Made by a program: the position numbers and the translations under genes
Shown here: positions 38,301-49,555 of the stretch, one piece after another
How positions within the stretch are numbered: position 1 is the first letter of the stretch
Layout of the letters: each line of letters opens with the position of its first letter
Origin: Octopus bimaculoides
Taxonomy: Eukaryota
Direction of reading: 5' to 3'
Length of the DNA stretch: 64,000 nucleotides
Assembly (NCBI RefSeq): GCF_001194135.2
Contig: NC_068986.1
Location: 77,572,427 to 77,636,426 of the forward strand
Notes under the pieces: generated by a model
The model's database searches: none
Told to the model about the DNA's origin: nothing
Seen by the model: only the letters and a program-made list of their open reading frames with translations

Positions 38301-39639
38301 AAAGAAGTATGTCTAATGATTAGGTACCGTGGTGGTGGTGGTGGGGGGGTTATTGATGTTCATAAAATATCAAAAGGGGTATAATTAATTAACAATTTTA
38401 AGAACACAGAAGTAATATGAAATAACATTGAAATTTTTGTATTTTATTTAAAGATCAGATAGGTTTTACAGGTTCAGAAATTGTATTGGCTGACAAATTC
38501 AAAAACTTGCATGATTTCAGAGATAAGGACTTTTAATACTAGATGCCAATCATATTATCATGAAATGAATGAAAGTATGAATTTTAAATTAAGAAGTACA
38601 AGTAGTTAAAACAATAGAACAATTGATTGGCAATTCAAACTTGGATTGGTCTATGAAGAAGAAATGACCAATGAAGATAACATTCCAAATACCTATGTTG
38701 TAGTTTGGTTGACACAATCTCATGCTTTCTCTAAGAAGATACAAAAAAGCCTGCTTTTGATGATGCATTCATTTTTTTCTCAATATATAAATGTAGTGGC
38801 TAAATGACCAAAACCTACAAGTTATGACATGATATTTTAGCTTAGCCAGCTTGACTTCAACTTGATGACTGAGTAGTAAACATTACGAGCATCCACTAGA
38901 AAAACATTTCAACAGTTAGCAGAAATGTCTAAATTTATGTAAATTATTCTAAGGCAAAAAAAAAAATCAAGATAGAAATATATATTTTTAAATGTATATC
39001 TGCAGTAAATACTTTAAAAGAATATTTTTAAACTTAACATATCACCATCATCATTTTGCATCCATTTTCCATGCTGACATGTGTTGTATTTCTCCTAAAT
39101 ATTGCTCAGTTTTCAATGCTTTTGGAGAATGTTACTATATCAGTAAACTTTTTTTTTTTATAGTTTCAGCTTAGAGCTGCGGCCATGCTGATGCACTGCT
39201 GTGGATACATTTCGAAAATTCCTTTACATAAATCGATGGAGCAATAGTGTGTCCAATTATTTTTACTTAGCCCTAACACATGCTCTATGCACTTGGAATG
39301 GGAAGATATTTCAGTTAAGTTGAATGAAGCAGAAGCATGTGCTTTGCTTTAGAGAAAAGAGCAATGTTAAAATAAGGGTTTGAATTCACAAAATTTGTGT
39401 TAACAGATATCAAGCTGAATTATTCAATCATTGTACCTTAAAAGCAAAAGGAAAAAGAAGGAAGCAAACATTATAACAAAATTTATGTAGTAAATTTACA
39501 AGAACACACAAACACAAACATATGAAAATAAAAAATGAAAAGAGTTTTACGTGTTTGAAGGTGAAAGCACATAGAGAGCATATTCTTCCCTTTCTTTAAA
39601 ACATCCTTTGGGTTCTGGACACCATGAACAAACGCAGTT
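8044..39639 (-). CDS. Cav3: T-type voltage-gated calcium channel alpha-1 subunit (Cav3; CACNA1G/H/I family), partial: 8 exons covering late II-III linker, domain III and start of III-IV linker; gene continues beyond both ends of this span
   Basis: Manual splicing of 8 GT-AG exons gives a 335-codon open frame: [99 protein letters not shown]...[60 protein letters not shown]...[45 protein letters not shown]...[23 protein letters not shown]. Asp at the domain III filter position (SKDGW) and the VVENFHKC motif are T-type hallmarks. Confidence 0.97.
8625..9010 (+). mobile_element. Two tandem copies of short SINE family E; other copies at about 2735-2930, 9890-10100, 10585-10780 and 11925-12100 (+), and 24170-24410, 30270-30405, 33110-33375 and 36700-37040 (-)
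   Basis: Shared ttctgagttcaaatt...gtcaactttgcctttcatcctttcggggtcgataaattaagtaccag with a B-box-like GAGTTCAAAT. Confidence 0.7.
10136..10543 (-). mobile_element. 5'-truncated R4/Dong-clade non-LTR retrotransposon (restriction-like endonuclease domain and 3' end)
   Basis: Translation [65 protein letters not shown] fits the PD-(D/E)xK RLE domain of site-specific LINEs. Flanked on both sides by (TAA)n. Confidence 0.8.
14355..14444 (-). CDS. Cav3: Cav3 exon, domain III pore helix and selectivity filter ([30 protein letters not shown]), 90 nt
   Basis: Acceptor ttttatctttag, donor CAG|gtaaga. SKDGW filter motif. Confidence 0.97.
15993..16329 (+). mobile_element. tRNA-derived SINE, family A, full length
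   Basis: A box TGGCTCAGAGG (16005-16015) and B box GTTCGAATCC (16050-16059). Body shared with 26807-27140, 27408-27720 and 56340-56676. Confidence 0.85.
16376..16860. mobile_element. MITE-like element with about 70-bp imperfect terminal inverted repeats
   Basis: caaattttgggcagaattctgatttaagtacaccatataa...cccctcataacttttt matches the reverse complement of ...aaaaagttatgaggggttatatggggtgcttaaagcagacttctgccaaattttg. Superfamily not assigned. Confidence 0.65.
18636..18764 (-). CDS. Cav3: Cav3 exon, IIIS5-P extracellular loop ([43 protein letters not shown]), 129 nt
   Basis: Acceptor ttttttgcag, donor CAG|gttagt. Contains LFKG...NFDNLGQ, two Cys and the sequons NVT and NKT. Confidence 0.97.
19452..19760 (+). 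mobile_element. tRNA-derived SINE with a different body (family B)
   Basis: TGGCCCAGTGGTTAGGGCAGCGGACTCGCAGTC tRNA-like head. Body unlike family A. Confidence 0.7.
23867..23993 (-). CDS. Cav3: Cav3 exon, IIIS4-S5 ([42 protein letters not shown]), 127 nt
   Basis: Acceptor ttatttttcag, donor CAA|gtaagt. Phase 2 to 0 fits both neighbours. Confidence 0.97.
24415..24634. mobile_element. piggyBac-type MITE (220 bp), TTAA target site
   Basis: TTAA|CCCTTTAGTATTC...AATGCGAAAGGG|CTAA. Same family as 33453-33673, in the opposite orientation. Confidence 0.7.
25797..25981 (-). CDS. Cav3: Cav3 exon, IIIS3-S4 ([62 protein letters not shown]), 185 nt
   Basis: Acceptor ttatacttttag, donor CG|gtaagc. Contains the WNxxD S3 motif and the RxxRxxRxxR voltage sensor. 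Confidence 0.97.
26807..27140 (-). mobile_element. tRNA-derived SINE, family A
   Basis: Reverse complement aligns along its length with 15993-16329. Confidence 0.85.
27408..27720 (+). mobile_element. tRNA-derived SINE, family A (small internal deletion)
   Basis: Shares ctgtgtgttgtgttcttgagcaagacactttatttcac...aggtgcaatcccatgg with the other copies. Confidence 0.85.
29056..29126 (+). ncRNA. Minimal type-I hammerhead ribozyme motif, best-preserved copy (antisense to Cav3)
   Basis: Stem I CTCTG/CAGAG (5 perfect bp); core CTGAAGA 29061-29067; stem II AGTTG/TAACT after a T.T; GAAA 29110-29113; perfect palindromic stem III ACCATGGT; triplet GUA, predicted cut after 29121. Confidence 0.8.
29450..30083 (-). 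mobile_element. Non-autonomous Helitron-like element (634 bp)
   Basis: The minus strand starts TCTATACATATAA at 30083 and ends with hairpin CCAGGT-GAA-ACCGGG, an 8-nt spacer and CTAG|T at 29450. Confidence 0.55.
30084..30270 (-). mobile_element. 3' part of a second Helitron-like element abutting the first
   Basis: Minus strand hairpin GGCA-A-TGCC followed by gggtatctctaCTAG, joined directly to the TC of the neighbouring element. Interrupted by a SINE at about 30270. Confidence 0.5.
30635..30830 (+). mobile_element. Repeat family F with (GAT)n tail; other copies at 31036-31225 (+), and 830-1050, 12195-12400, 15250-15470 and 47905-48110 (-)
   Basis: Shared ggcatgtaaaagcacccattacac...tggcattaggaagggcatccagc...catgccagcatgga...gttaaatgatgatg. 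Confidence 0.75.
31264..31332 (-). CDS. Cav3: Cav3 exon, IIIS2 ([23 protein letters not shown]), 69 nt
   Basis: Acceptor gtatcttttcag, donor AAA|gtaagt, phase 0-0. Contains the S2 ExxxK motif. Confidence 0.95.
33453..33673. mobile_element. piggyBac-type MITE (221 bp), TTAA target site
   Basis: TTAA|CCCCTTAGCATTC...GAATGCTAAAGGG|TTAA. Confidence 0.8.
37667..37790 (-). CDS. Cav3: Cav3 exon, IIIS1 ([41 protein letters not shown]), 124 nt
   Basis: Acceptor tctattctag, donor ACA|gtaagt. Contains the [11 protein letters not shown]1 motif. Confidence 0.96.
39551..39639 (-). CDS. Cav3: Cav3 exon, end of II-III linker ([30 protein letters not shown]), 89 nt, phase 0 to 2
   Basis: Acceptor gtgtccttacag, donor AC|gtaaaa. 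AC plus the A of the next exon gives Thr. Matches the pre-IIIS1 segment of Cav3. The start phase is inferred from the frame because the upstream exon was not found. Confidence 0.9.
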
Positions 39640-39972
39640 CTGTAAGGACACATCAGATAATTTTTTTAGACATATGTTCATTGATAGTTGATAAAATGCT
39701 TAACAGACTTACTTCTCTCAAGGAAACAGCATTAACTTATAGAAATTTTTGTTCTAATATTAAAAGAAACTGTATTTTATTTACAGTTGTTATTCAATCT
39801 TGGAAACGTTTTGTATGCTATATAATCTTTATACTGTCGATTCTTTTATTTATTTACAAAATTGGGTAGTAGTAAGGGTAGTAATAAAATATATTAATAA
39901 AGAATAATTTCATATGAAAATTTCCTGAGTTATTTATGTCTTGTTGCTTTTATCATAGCTATTCACTTGTCC

Positions 39973-39976
<4 letters not shown>

Positions 39977-40042
<66 letters not shown>
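39977..40042. repeat. (TA)n microsatellite; similar long tracts at 1079-1125 and 56678-56742
   Basis: Seen directly. Confidence 0.98.
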
Positions 40043-40048
<6 letters not shown>

Positions 40049-41007
40049 TGAATTATAGTGATATAAATTATGTATCATATTACCAAAAATGTGAGGAAGA
40101 ATATTTTGAGAAAATGTTTAAAATTCAAAATTAACAAAAAAATTCTTTTAGTGGTCAAAAACATCTACATATAGATTAGGCTTGAGGAAAAGCAGTCACA
40201 TTCTAGGATTGAAAGTGGTGCCTCGTGATTGTAAAGAAAGCTTCTTAAGCGCTCAGTTGAGCCTGCAATGTTAACCAGACAAAATCTCATAATGTCTTTC
40301 ATATTATCTAAGATTTTGACAGAAATAATTCTGCTTACAAATACTCATTCTACAGAAATAACCTGCTTTACACAAGCATTGCATTTCTGAAAACTTTGTC
40401 ATAATGTAAAATTCTGTAATATGAAACATATTTTCGTATGACTTCTGTGTAACAGGAAAGACAATGAAAATAGGTTTTAATGTTACACATATATTAAGAT
40501 ATTTCTAAAAAAAAATATTAAAAAAATTAAGCAACTAAAATCCATAAGCAATATAAATGTTATTTCAGAGCTTCAAAATAATTATTATTTACTAACATTT
40601 ACTATAAAATAATTATATTAAGTATTCACTTTGTTTGCATTGCCCATAAACTTTTGAGTGATTAGGCAATTATTACTTGGAGACAGTAACCTATTACTAA
40701 AACAAATGTTTTCTTGTCTTCCCAAATTTTTGATATATAATAAAGTATAAATTAACTGGACTGAATTTAACATCTCTAAAACAAAACTATTGATATAAGT
40801 TCTTTTGAGAGTAGAGTTAATTATAGAACATAATTCATGTTATTTAGATGATTGCTAATGCCAAATGAGTAAATAAAATGGAATATTTAATTGAATTCAA
40901 ATAAATAAATAAAAAAGCAAAATGGAGTGAATGAAGTTCAACAAGAAATTAATGATGAAGAAATCCAGTTTTACTGAAATATAAACACCACATGCCAAAA
41001 ATCAAAT

Positions 41008-41043
<36 letters not shown>

Positions 41044-42004
41044 CATATATATCTACATGTATGTATATATATTTGTATATATATATNNNNNNNNNNAGAT
41101 ACATAATATTTTTTAGATCTGCTTCTTCATTTCTTCATGCCATTTTTATAGTCATATTTTCTTTTCTTCATTTTTTTTTTTGCTTTCATTTAAAAGTGAT
41201 AAAATTAAAGGCTTAAATAATTTTCAAGAATACAAATAAAAAATTAGAGACATTTATGAATAATTTTAAAAGGAATACATGATTTAGAAAACATATGAAC
41301 AATGATTTTATTATATTTAGTCAATAACATTGAAGTAAGAAATGCATAAGAATAAAAAGTGAATGTGTTTGAATCTGAATTAAAGAAAAAAACAGGAAAA
41401 ATTAGCCAGCCACAATAGCATATGTTGGTATACAATTGTGAACAACTGAAAGACAGTATATTCCATTATTAATGGAGTAAAAAAAAAATCTATGCATAAG
41501 CAGTTAGGAGGGTAGAAATGAGAAAACGTGAGGTGAGTGCAGTGTGATAAATTGTTGAATGCAAAGAAAAAAAATTTCAAGAGAAAAAAAAAACTAAAAT
41601 GTTGTGATTTCAAAATAGAAAATGGTTGACAGCAGGGTAACAAAAAAAAAACTATTGAAAGTGTTTTTTCTTTTTTTAGGGCTGTGACGATTTTGAATTT
41701 ACCAACTGATTAATGTTGATTTGTATTTTTTCTTTGTGGTAATATTTCTGTATCAGGTGAGTTATTCATCTTTGAATTACATCTTAAAGTCTCTGCATCT
41801 TGATCTTTGGCATCAGCTTGCCTACTATTACCACATTAAAATAAGGATAGCGTAAAAGTCTCAAACCGCATTAAAGAGAGTTAAAAATCACATTTTGTAA
41901 AGGGTTATTTGAGTAATTAAAGATAGTTAAAAATCACATTTTGTGAAGGGTTATTTGAGTAACTTGTCACAAACTTTGATGGCAATAATAATGAAGAAGA
42001 AGAA

Positions 42005-42093
<89 letters not shown>
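42005..42093. repeat. (GAT)n microsatellite, about 29 units
   Basis: Seen directly. It creates the spurious poly-Met ORF 41943-42167. Confidence 0.98.
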
Positions 42094-42287
42094 GCATTAT
42101 ATTATTATCATTATCATCATTATCATTATTATTACTACTACCACTACTGCTTTGTCATGCAGTGTAGATGGAAAATGCATTGAGTATTTAGTCATCTGTC
42201 AAGTCAAACAAGAACCTAGCTGATTTTTTTATGACACCAATCTTGCATGGTATTCCCAACCACTTTAAGAAGTCTTGAAGTTTCAGT

Positions 42288-42308
42288 TATTATTATTATT
42301 ATTATTAC

Positions 42309-42369
<61 letters not shown>
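42288..42369. repeat. (ATT)n microsatellite, about 27 units
   Basis: Seen directly. Confidence 0.98.
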
Positions 42370-42370
<1 letters not shown>

Positions 42371-45300
42371 CACTGCAAAATAATACAATGTTTATTGGAT
42401 TATGAGTAGCTACTTAAAACAGACTAGAATTTACAATGACAAAGTAGCTAATAAATAATGGTATTATAATTAAATGACAGAGTGATATGATAATGATATA
42501 AGTCTGCAGTGTTATACTGATGAAATGATATCATACATTACAGTACAATACACTAATGATCAAATGTTATCATATTATCATAAAAGGATATGACAGTAAT
42601 GCATAAAATCAATTGCAAATGTACAATAATGGAAATAGCAGAGATATGTTGGGTAGGTATGATAACCTTATGGCAAGAACAGAAAGTATAATTATAATGG
42701 TAATGGAATAGTAATGATAGAGTGCAGTATAGGGTGATGCTGCAAAAAGTATTATTTTGTGTAATAATGGAAAAGATATGATCATACTGTTTTGAGAGCA
42801 TTATCTAATACAGATTGAACTTAATTGCAAGTGTGATTGAAACATTTTATAAAGAAGAAAGTCACCTGTCTAAAGTTACACATGCAAAATTGGAATTCAA
42901 ACAAGTGCAAACAAATTATTTTGCAATTATTGAAAAACCAATATTTCCAAAATAAAGCAAGTTCTCACATTCTCATATACATAAGAATGATCGATTCCTG
43001 TCTACAAAGGAATCCAACTTGCAGATTACTAACTGTTTATAAGCAATTATCAGCTCTGATATTGTAAATAGCAGGAAATGGTATTAAAAACAATCCAGTT
43101 GAAATTGACCTCATTGCTAGGTTTTGGATAAAGTGCACAGACAGTTTGTATTTTATTTCCACTGTTGCAGTCTGATTTAGCTGTAAATAGGTACTATAAC
43201 TAGGTACAACTGGCTATTTGAAGCAGCAGGAGTACTTTAACTGAGGGATATTTTTGTTACATTATAAAATTCAGTCCAAATTTTTCTACAAATGAGTTAA
43301 GCTTTGTCTGATATTGAAATACCTCAGAAACACTACATAAAATCTAAGAGGATTATGCAATTCCTTTTGTCATTGGAAGAAAAGCAAGGTTTCTTTCATA
43401 TTTAAAGAAGATGAACTTGAATTATTGATTAGAAACTGATACATATGCGATTATGAAGAACAAAACATTTTGAAAATGCCTGAACACTTAAAAACCAAGG
43501 AGACTATTTTCAAGATTAAAACTAAAATTTTCGTTCATGGAATATATTTTTGTTATACGAATGCTAAGATTTTATAAAATATCCATAATTTTATTAGGAA
43601 ACAGAAAATTGTAGTGTAATATCAGCAGTGGGAAACTGAAATTAAAGAGAAAAGAAAAGAGAAAAATTTTCTCCAAATTTCTGATATTTAATGTGATATG
43701 AAACACGAAAATAGCTTTGTTCACTCATTTTAGCATGTTTTCCCCATGCTAGCATGGGTTAGATGAATATAAATTTTAGGCATTTTTTGACATGGGTACT
43801 GTCAATTACTCATTAGCTGTTTTTCAAGTAAAGGGCCTCTTATTTCACAAAGCCAGTAGTTATTTTGTTGACAACAATATCACTGCTTGTGTCTTACTGG
43901 TTTTTGGAGAAGCACAAATTTCACATATAACATGCACACACACACACACGTACTCAAATATGCAATTGGACTCTTTTCAGTTTTCTTTACCAATTATAAT
44001 TACAAGGCTTTGATCAGCTCAAGGCTAATGTAGATAACATTTATCCAACATGCTATGCATTAGGACTGAACTTGAGGCCATGTGACTAGAAAGTAAACTT
44101 CTTAACAATATAGCTGTGCTTGCATCTACTGCAACCAAAACCTTGTGGTTGGGAAGCTTGTGAATTGAATAAAGACAGGCATAGAGCAATAATCAAGAAT
44201 ACAACTATACCACTTTAAGCCTTTCAAAACAAGAACAGAGAAATAAAACTGAAGAAAAGAGGATTCTTTCTCTCTAGATGAAATATAGGGTTATTTAATG
44301 TACCATTGTATCTTTATCCACTAGAAAACTTGCTTATAATGATGGATGTGTCTCTAATAATTTCTGCATGTGAAGGATTTTCTGTAGTAACATAATAACC
44401 ATTATAACTTGAAGAGATTAAATATAAAGGTAGATTTAGAGTAACTTGGGGGTAGGAATGATTTATTTAAATCTCCTTAGCCATGAGTGGTTGAGTTTCT
44501 GTGTTTTAACAGTTTGGATTTGAAATAAATTCTTTAGTATTTTGATTAGTTGACACTAATGAACTTGAATCAAACACATTATGATATTGAAAATAGTCAA
44601 TCAAACATTTGTTAATCCATAACTAACTTGTTGGTCTCAGTGGAAATTTAATTATTTGTCATCAATCTAACCTAATCATCTTGTTTATGTTGTTATTGTA
44701 CTGATAGACTTAAAAATTTTGGTCCAAAAGTATCAGGAAATTTTCCGAAGGAAAATATCTGTCAACAATTTGAGTAGCTTATATAAGGTACAATATTAAT
44801 GTGAGAGTGTTCTTGACATTATTTTTATTTATGATGGTGAAGAGTTCTCTTTTTGTTTTTGTATATGCTTAACACTGTTCCAATTAGTGTTAGTATAGAA
44901 AAAGTTTTATAAACCCACCTGCAAAAAAATTGTGTGATTATAGCTCACCTGTCCTGAAGGATGATGGAAGATGTGATGGAGTGGTTGTTATATTTGAGAG
45001 TGATTCAGATGGAGAGGTGGATTAGGTGAAGCATTGAGTATAATGAAGTGAATACTGAATGATAGTATGTTGTTAATGAGTGACTTGTAACATGATGAAC
45101 ATCAATTTAAATGAAACAATTGTGCAAGTTGAAAATCAAGTCGATAACAGTTGATGGTGTACATGATAAATGACATGATGATGAGACTCTTGTGTATAAG
45201 GCAACTTTAGGAATGGAAGGAAGGTGACAGATGGTATTGCTATTACAACATAACAGGGTAAATCAAGTTAATAGGACACATGTTCTTTGATGTAGTGGCT

Positions 45301-47498
45301 CATAATAAAGTTTATGATCATCATTAATTTCCAAGAATGAGCTTGCTATAACAGGAATAAAATGACAGAATATTTGGCAAATTTAATGATAAGAAAAATC
45401 CTCAATTTATATTTTGTGGGCAAAAAATGTAACTGAAATAGTGTAGAAAAAGAAATAGAAAATATATTTTAACAAAATGAAAAGTTATTCGTCACAGCCC
45501 CAACAACTGTTATGGTTTGATATAAAAAAATGGGAATGGTTAAAAGAATACATATATATGTTTATATATATATATAGCTGTATATATATCAATATATATA
45601 TACATATGTATATGTAACAGCATGCATCTGTGCACTGAGAGGAGGGTAACTATGGATGTTGTCAAAAAAGTTTTGCCTGAAGTTGTCACATCTCTACCAA
45701 TTTCAAACAAAAAGCATTAGTAAAGATTATTAAGAAGATATTCTTTTTATTGGCAACAAAACCCCTCCTCTCCAACCCCAAAACAATAACAACAACATTA
45801 AAAACACTGAAAATAAATTATATAATATACATATATGTATGTATGTATGTATGTGCATATATATATATGTATGTATGTATATATATATATATGTATGTAT
45901 GTATGTACATATATATATATGTATGTATGTATGTANNNNNNNNNNNNNNNNNNNNNNNNNNNNNNNNNNNNNNNNNNNNNNNNNNNNNNNNNNNNNNNNN
46001 NNNNNNNNNNNNNNNNNNNNNNNNNNNNNNNNNNNNNNNNNNNNNNNNNNNNNNNNNNNNNNNNNNNNNNNNNNNNNNNNNNNNNNNNNNNNNNNNNNNN
46101 NNNNNNNNNNNNNNNNNNNNNNNNNNNNNNNNNNNNNNNNNNNNNNNNNNNNNNNNNNNNNNNNNNNNNNNNNNNNNNNNNNNNNNNNNNNNNNNNNNNN
46201 NNNNNNNNNNNNNNNNNNNNNNNNNNNNNNNNNNNNNNNNNNNNNNNNNNNNNNNNNNNNNNNNNNNNNNNNNNNNNNNNNNNNNNNNNNNNNNNNNNNN
46301 NNNNNNNNNNNNNNNNNNNNNNNNNNNNNNNNNNNNNNNNNNNNNNNNNNNNNNNNNNNNNNNNNNNNNNNNNNNNNNNNNNNNNNNNNNNNNNNNNNNN
46401 NNNNNNNNNNNNNNNNNNNNNNNNNNNNNNNNNNNNNNNNNNNNNNNNNNNNNNNNNNNNNNNNNNNNNNNNNNNNNNNNNNNNNNNNNNNNNNNNNNNN
46501 NNNTATATATACATACATATTGCACACATGTACATACATATATGTATAGGTAAACAAACATGATTGGTTGGAAGTGGTGGTGGTAAAGAAAAAAAGCTCA
46601 AAGGAATTTTAGTGATCTACCAGCAAATATAATTGAATTAGTGAACTAGCACTAAATATGAATAATGGTATGGGGTATGTATAACAGTTATATTATTATT
46701 TATTACTATTACTACTATTATTATCACTTATATTGTTATTATGTTATTAATATTTATTATCATTATTATTATTATTATCATTATTATTATTATTTCTTTA
46801 ATACTATTTATTACATTAATATTTTTACCACTAACATTATTATTATTATATTGAAATTTGACTACAAATGATTTTAGTTTTAAATGGGGAAAAAAGTATT
46901 AATAATAACTGAAAAACATTTAATTTAGAGAGAGACACTTGCAATAAACTCCAGTTTGACAGAAATCAAATAAGGACATAAAATGTCTTCATTAAGTTCA
47001 AAAGAAACGGTATTAAAAGAAAAGAAAGGGAAGAAATTTCAGACAAATAACTTGAACCAAAATAAACTGGGAAATAATGGAGTAAGTGGGAGTGAAAAGA
47101 AAAAGAAAATACTTTGTAGAATCTAATACATTTTACGAATTTATGAATTTTTGGATTTTTCAAGAGATCAAAAAAAAAAAAATAATAAGATATCAAAAAT
47201 ATATACACAAAGTACACAGCACCTCTTCTGCTTTCTCTTTCTCTCACATACATGTATGTATGCTCACACACAAAGATGTCCACATGTATATGTATAGAAT
47301 GATACATAGAAAGACTGTGTAAATTCTGTTTATCAATGAAAAATATTGATATTTATTCACGTTACCACTCACATGTATATACCTATCTATGTATTGTATG
47401 TGTGTGTGTGATTGTGTTGGTGTGTGTGAGTATCTATCTATATCTATCTATCTATCTATCTATCTCTCTATCTCTCTATCTATCTATCTATCTATCTA

Positions 47499-47531
<33 letters not shown>

Positions 47532-49164
47532 TTGTATGCATGTATGTATGTATGTATGTATACACATACTCAAACACACATACATGCACAAACAGATTTA
47601 ATCTCCACCCTCTCTGAGCACAATGAAAAAAAGTAAAAACTCTTGATGAGCTTGAAAAGAAAGTTGAAACTGATTGAATTGTTCTTCAGGCTACTCTACA
47701 GAGAGAGCAGTGGTTAAACCATAGGGTCTATTTGCATAGTGAAGTTAAATGTATGTTTATTAAAAGCACACAGGTAAATTTAAATTAGTATTTATATACT
47801 AATTTATATTTAGCATATAAACACACAAAATGGCAAGGATCAAAATAAAGATGCATACACTGCAAAATATCACAGTGGAAGCCTTTCACATTTTCGTGTA
47901 CAAGATCATCATCACTATCATCATTTTCCTTGCTGGCATGGGTTGGACAGTTTGACTGGATCTAGTAAAGCCAAGAGCTAGATCGGGTTCCATTATTTGT
48001 TTTGGCATGGTTTCTACACCTGGATGCTCTTCCTAATGCCAGCCACTTTACAGAGTGTACTGGATGCTTTTTACAAGGCTACTGAATACTTTGCAAAACA
48101 GAAAGCTTCTTAACTGGGAGGGAAGAGTAGTATTGTTGGGTTGTGGCTTTGTGCCAGTTGAGAGATTTAAGGTACTGAAGGGTAGAGGTGTCTTGCTGTA
48201 GATTAGGTACAAAGACACCCTAGTTGGAAAATGAAGGAGAGTGAGTTAGAAATTAAGATAGAGAGCGTGACAGTGAGAGAGAGATGATGGTGGAAATGTG
48301 TTGGGGACATGGCCTCAAGGGACAATTGGTAGTGGTGAGAATAGATGAGGGGATATAGCGACTCGAGCTGGGTGAGTGGGTGTTGATGAGGAAGACCAAT
48401 ACAAGTGAGGGAGAGAAGGTCCAGAAAGGAGGTGATTGGTGAAGACAGTAGGCTGGGAGAAGAAAGGTAACTGAGAAAGCCAGTGTGTGTAGTATGTACC
48501 TATTCTGCTATCAGGTGATAGAGGAAGTGATGGACGTTAGGGGATGAAATGTGTGGGAGGTAGGAGGTTGATGGGACAGAGAGGCTGGAGGTAAGCATCA
48601 CCAAAAATACATGTACACATGTTTAATTTGATCCTCAACATTTTGTTTTTCTTTCTTTCTTTCTCTGTATATATATATATATATATGTCTCTCTATGAGG
48701 TTTGCTCCAAAACTAATGCAAAAGCAGACACATTTTATATTAACCAACATAGATCATTCAAATTGGACATGTTGGTAGAGTAACTCTATGATAATTCTTA
48801 GTAACAATAATAATATAGTCACTGAATCGGGAATGAAATTTGCTTTGGGGATGCAAACCCAGGTCCAAAAATTTTTACAAATAAGATCATGTTTTTTTTT
48901 TAATGTTCTTTGTTCTTTGAGAAGAAACCTAATTCAAGTTACTTTTTACAGATCACTTTTTACACACACTGTTTTCTAAACCTGAGAAAAGTAAGTAGGG
49001 GTGTAAATTTTGATTTTGCACCCCACAAAAGTTTTAGGGGGTGCATGTGCACCCCTTGTACCCCCTGTTCCTGGGTCCATGAATATAGTAATATAGTAAT
49101 TCTTTAGTAATTCTTTATAGTAATTCTTCTTCTTGTTCCTTTTCATAGCAGGCAAATAATAAGT

Positions 49165-49555
49165 TCAAAGCATAAGCAGTGTGCTGCCATTGAATACTTG
49201 ATGAATGAGGGATGCACACTCTTTGACATCGTAAAAAGCTACAGGGTGTTTTTCAAGATGACACCATTGACAAGAACAATGTGCACTGACAGATGAAGAC
49301 ATTTAATAAATGGAGGAATCAGCATCGAAGACAAACCATGCAGAGGGTGACCATTAAATGCAACTAATGGCATGGATTGCCAGAGAACGAACAAATTGAT
49401 TTTTGTGTACAGATGAGTCACAATCTGTAAGGTTGTTGCATAAATGCACTGTGGCTACAATGCATTACAAAAGTTAATAGAAGACTTTGGGTATCAGAAA
49501 AGGCGTGCAAAGAGAGTACTACCATAGTTGACGCCTGATTTGAAGGAAAGAGGGA
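49165..49555 (+). mobile_element. Decayed mariner transposase, N-terminal HTH region
   Basis: With frameshifts and stops: KQCAAIEYLMNEG...GGISIEDKPCRG*P...R*VTI...FGYQKRRAKRVLP*LTPDLKER, resembling mariner R.VIEFL...EG, SIEDEPRSGRP and WVPHEL. Confidence 0.7.

Noticed and set aside
41720-41835. Minus-strand hydrophilic frame (NSRQADAKDQDAETLR...)
   Set aside because: No convincing acceptor, so it cannot be tied to the Cav3 frame.
44949-44953. Possible 5-nt microexon GACAG with a strong donor (minus strand)
   Set aside because: The motif atagctcacctgt also occurs in a SINE copy near 15338, so it is probably repeat-derived. No longer open exon precedes the donor.
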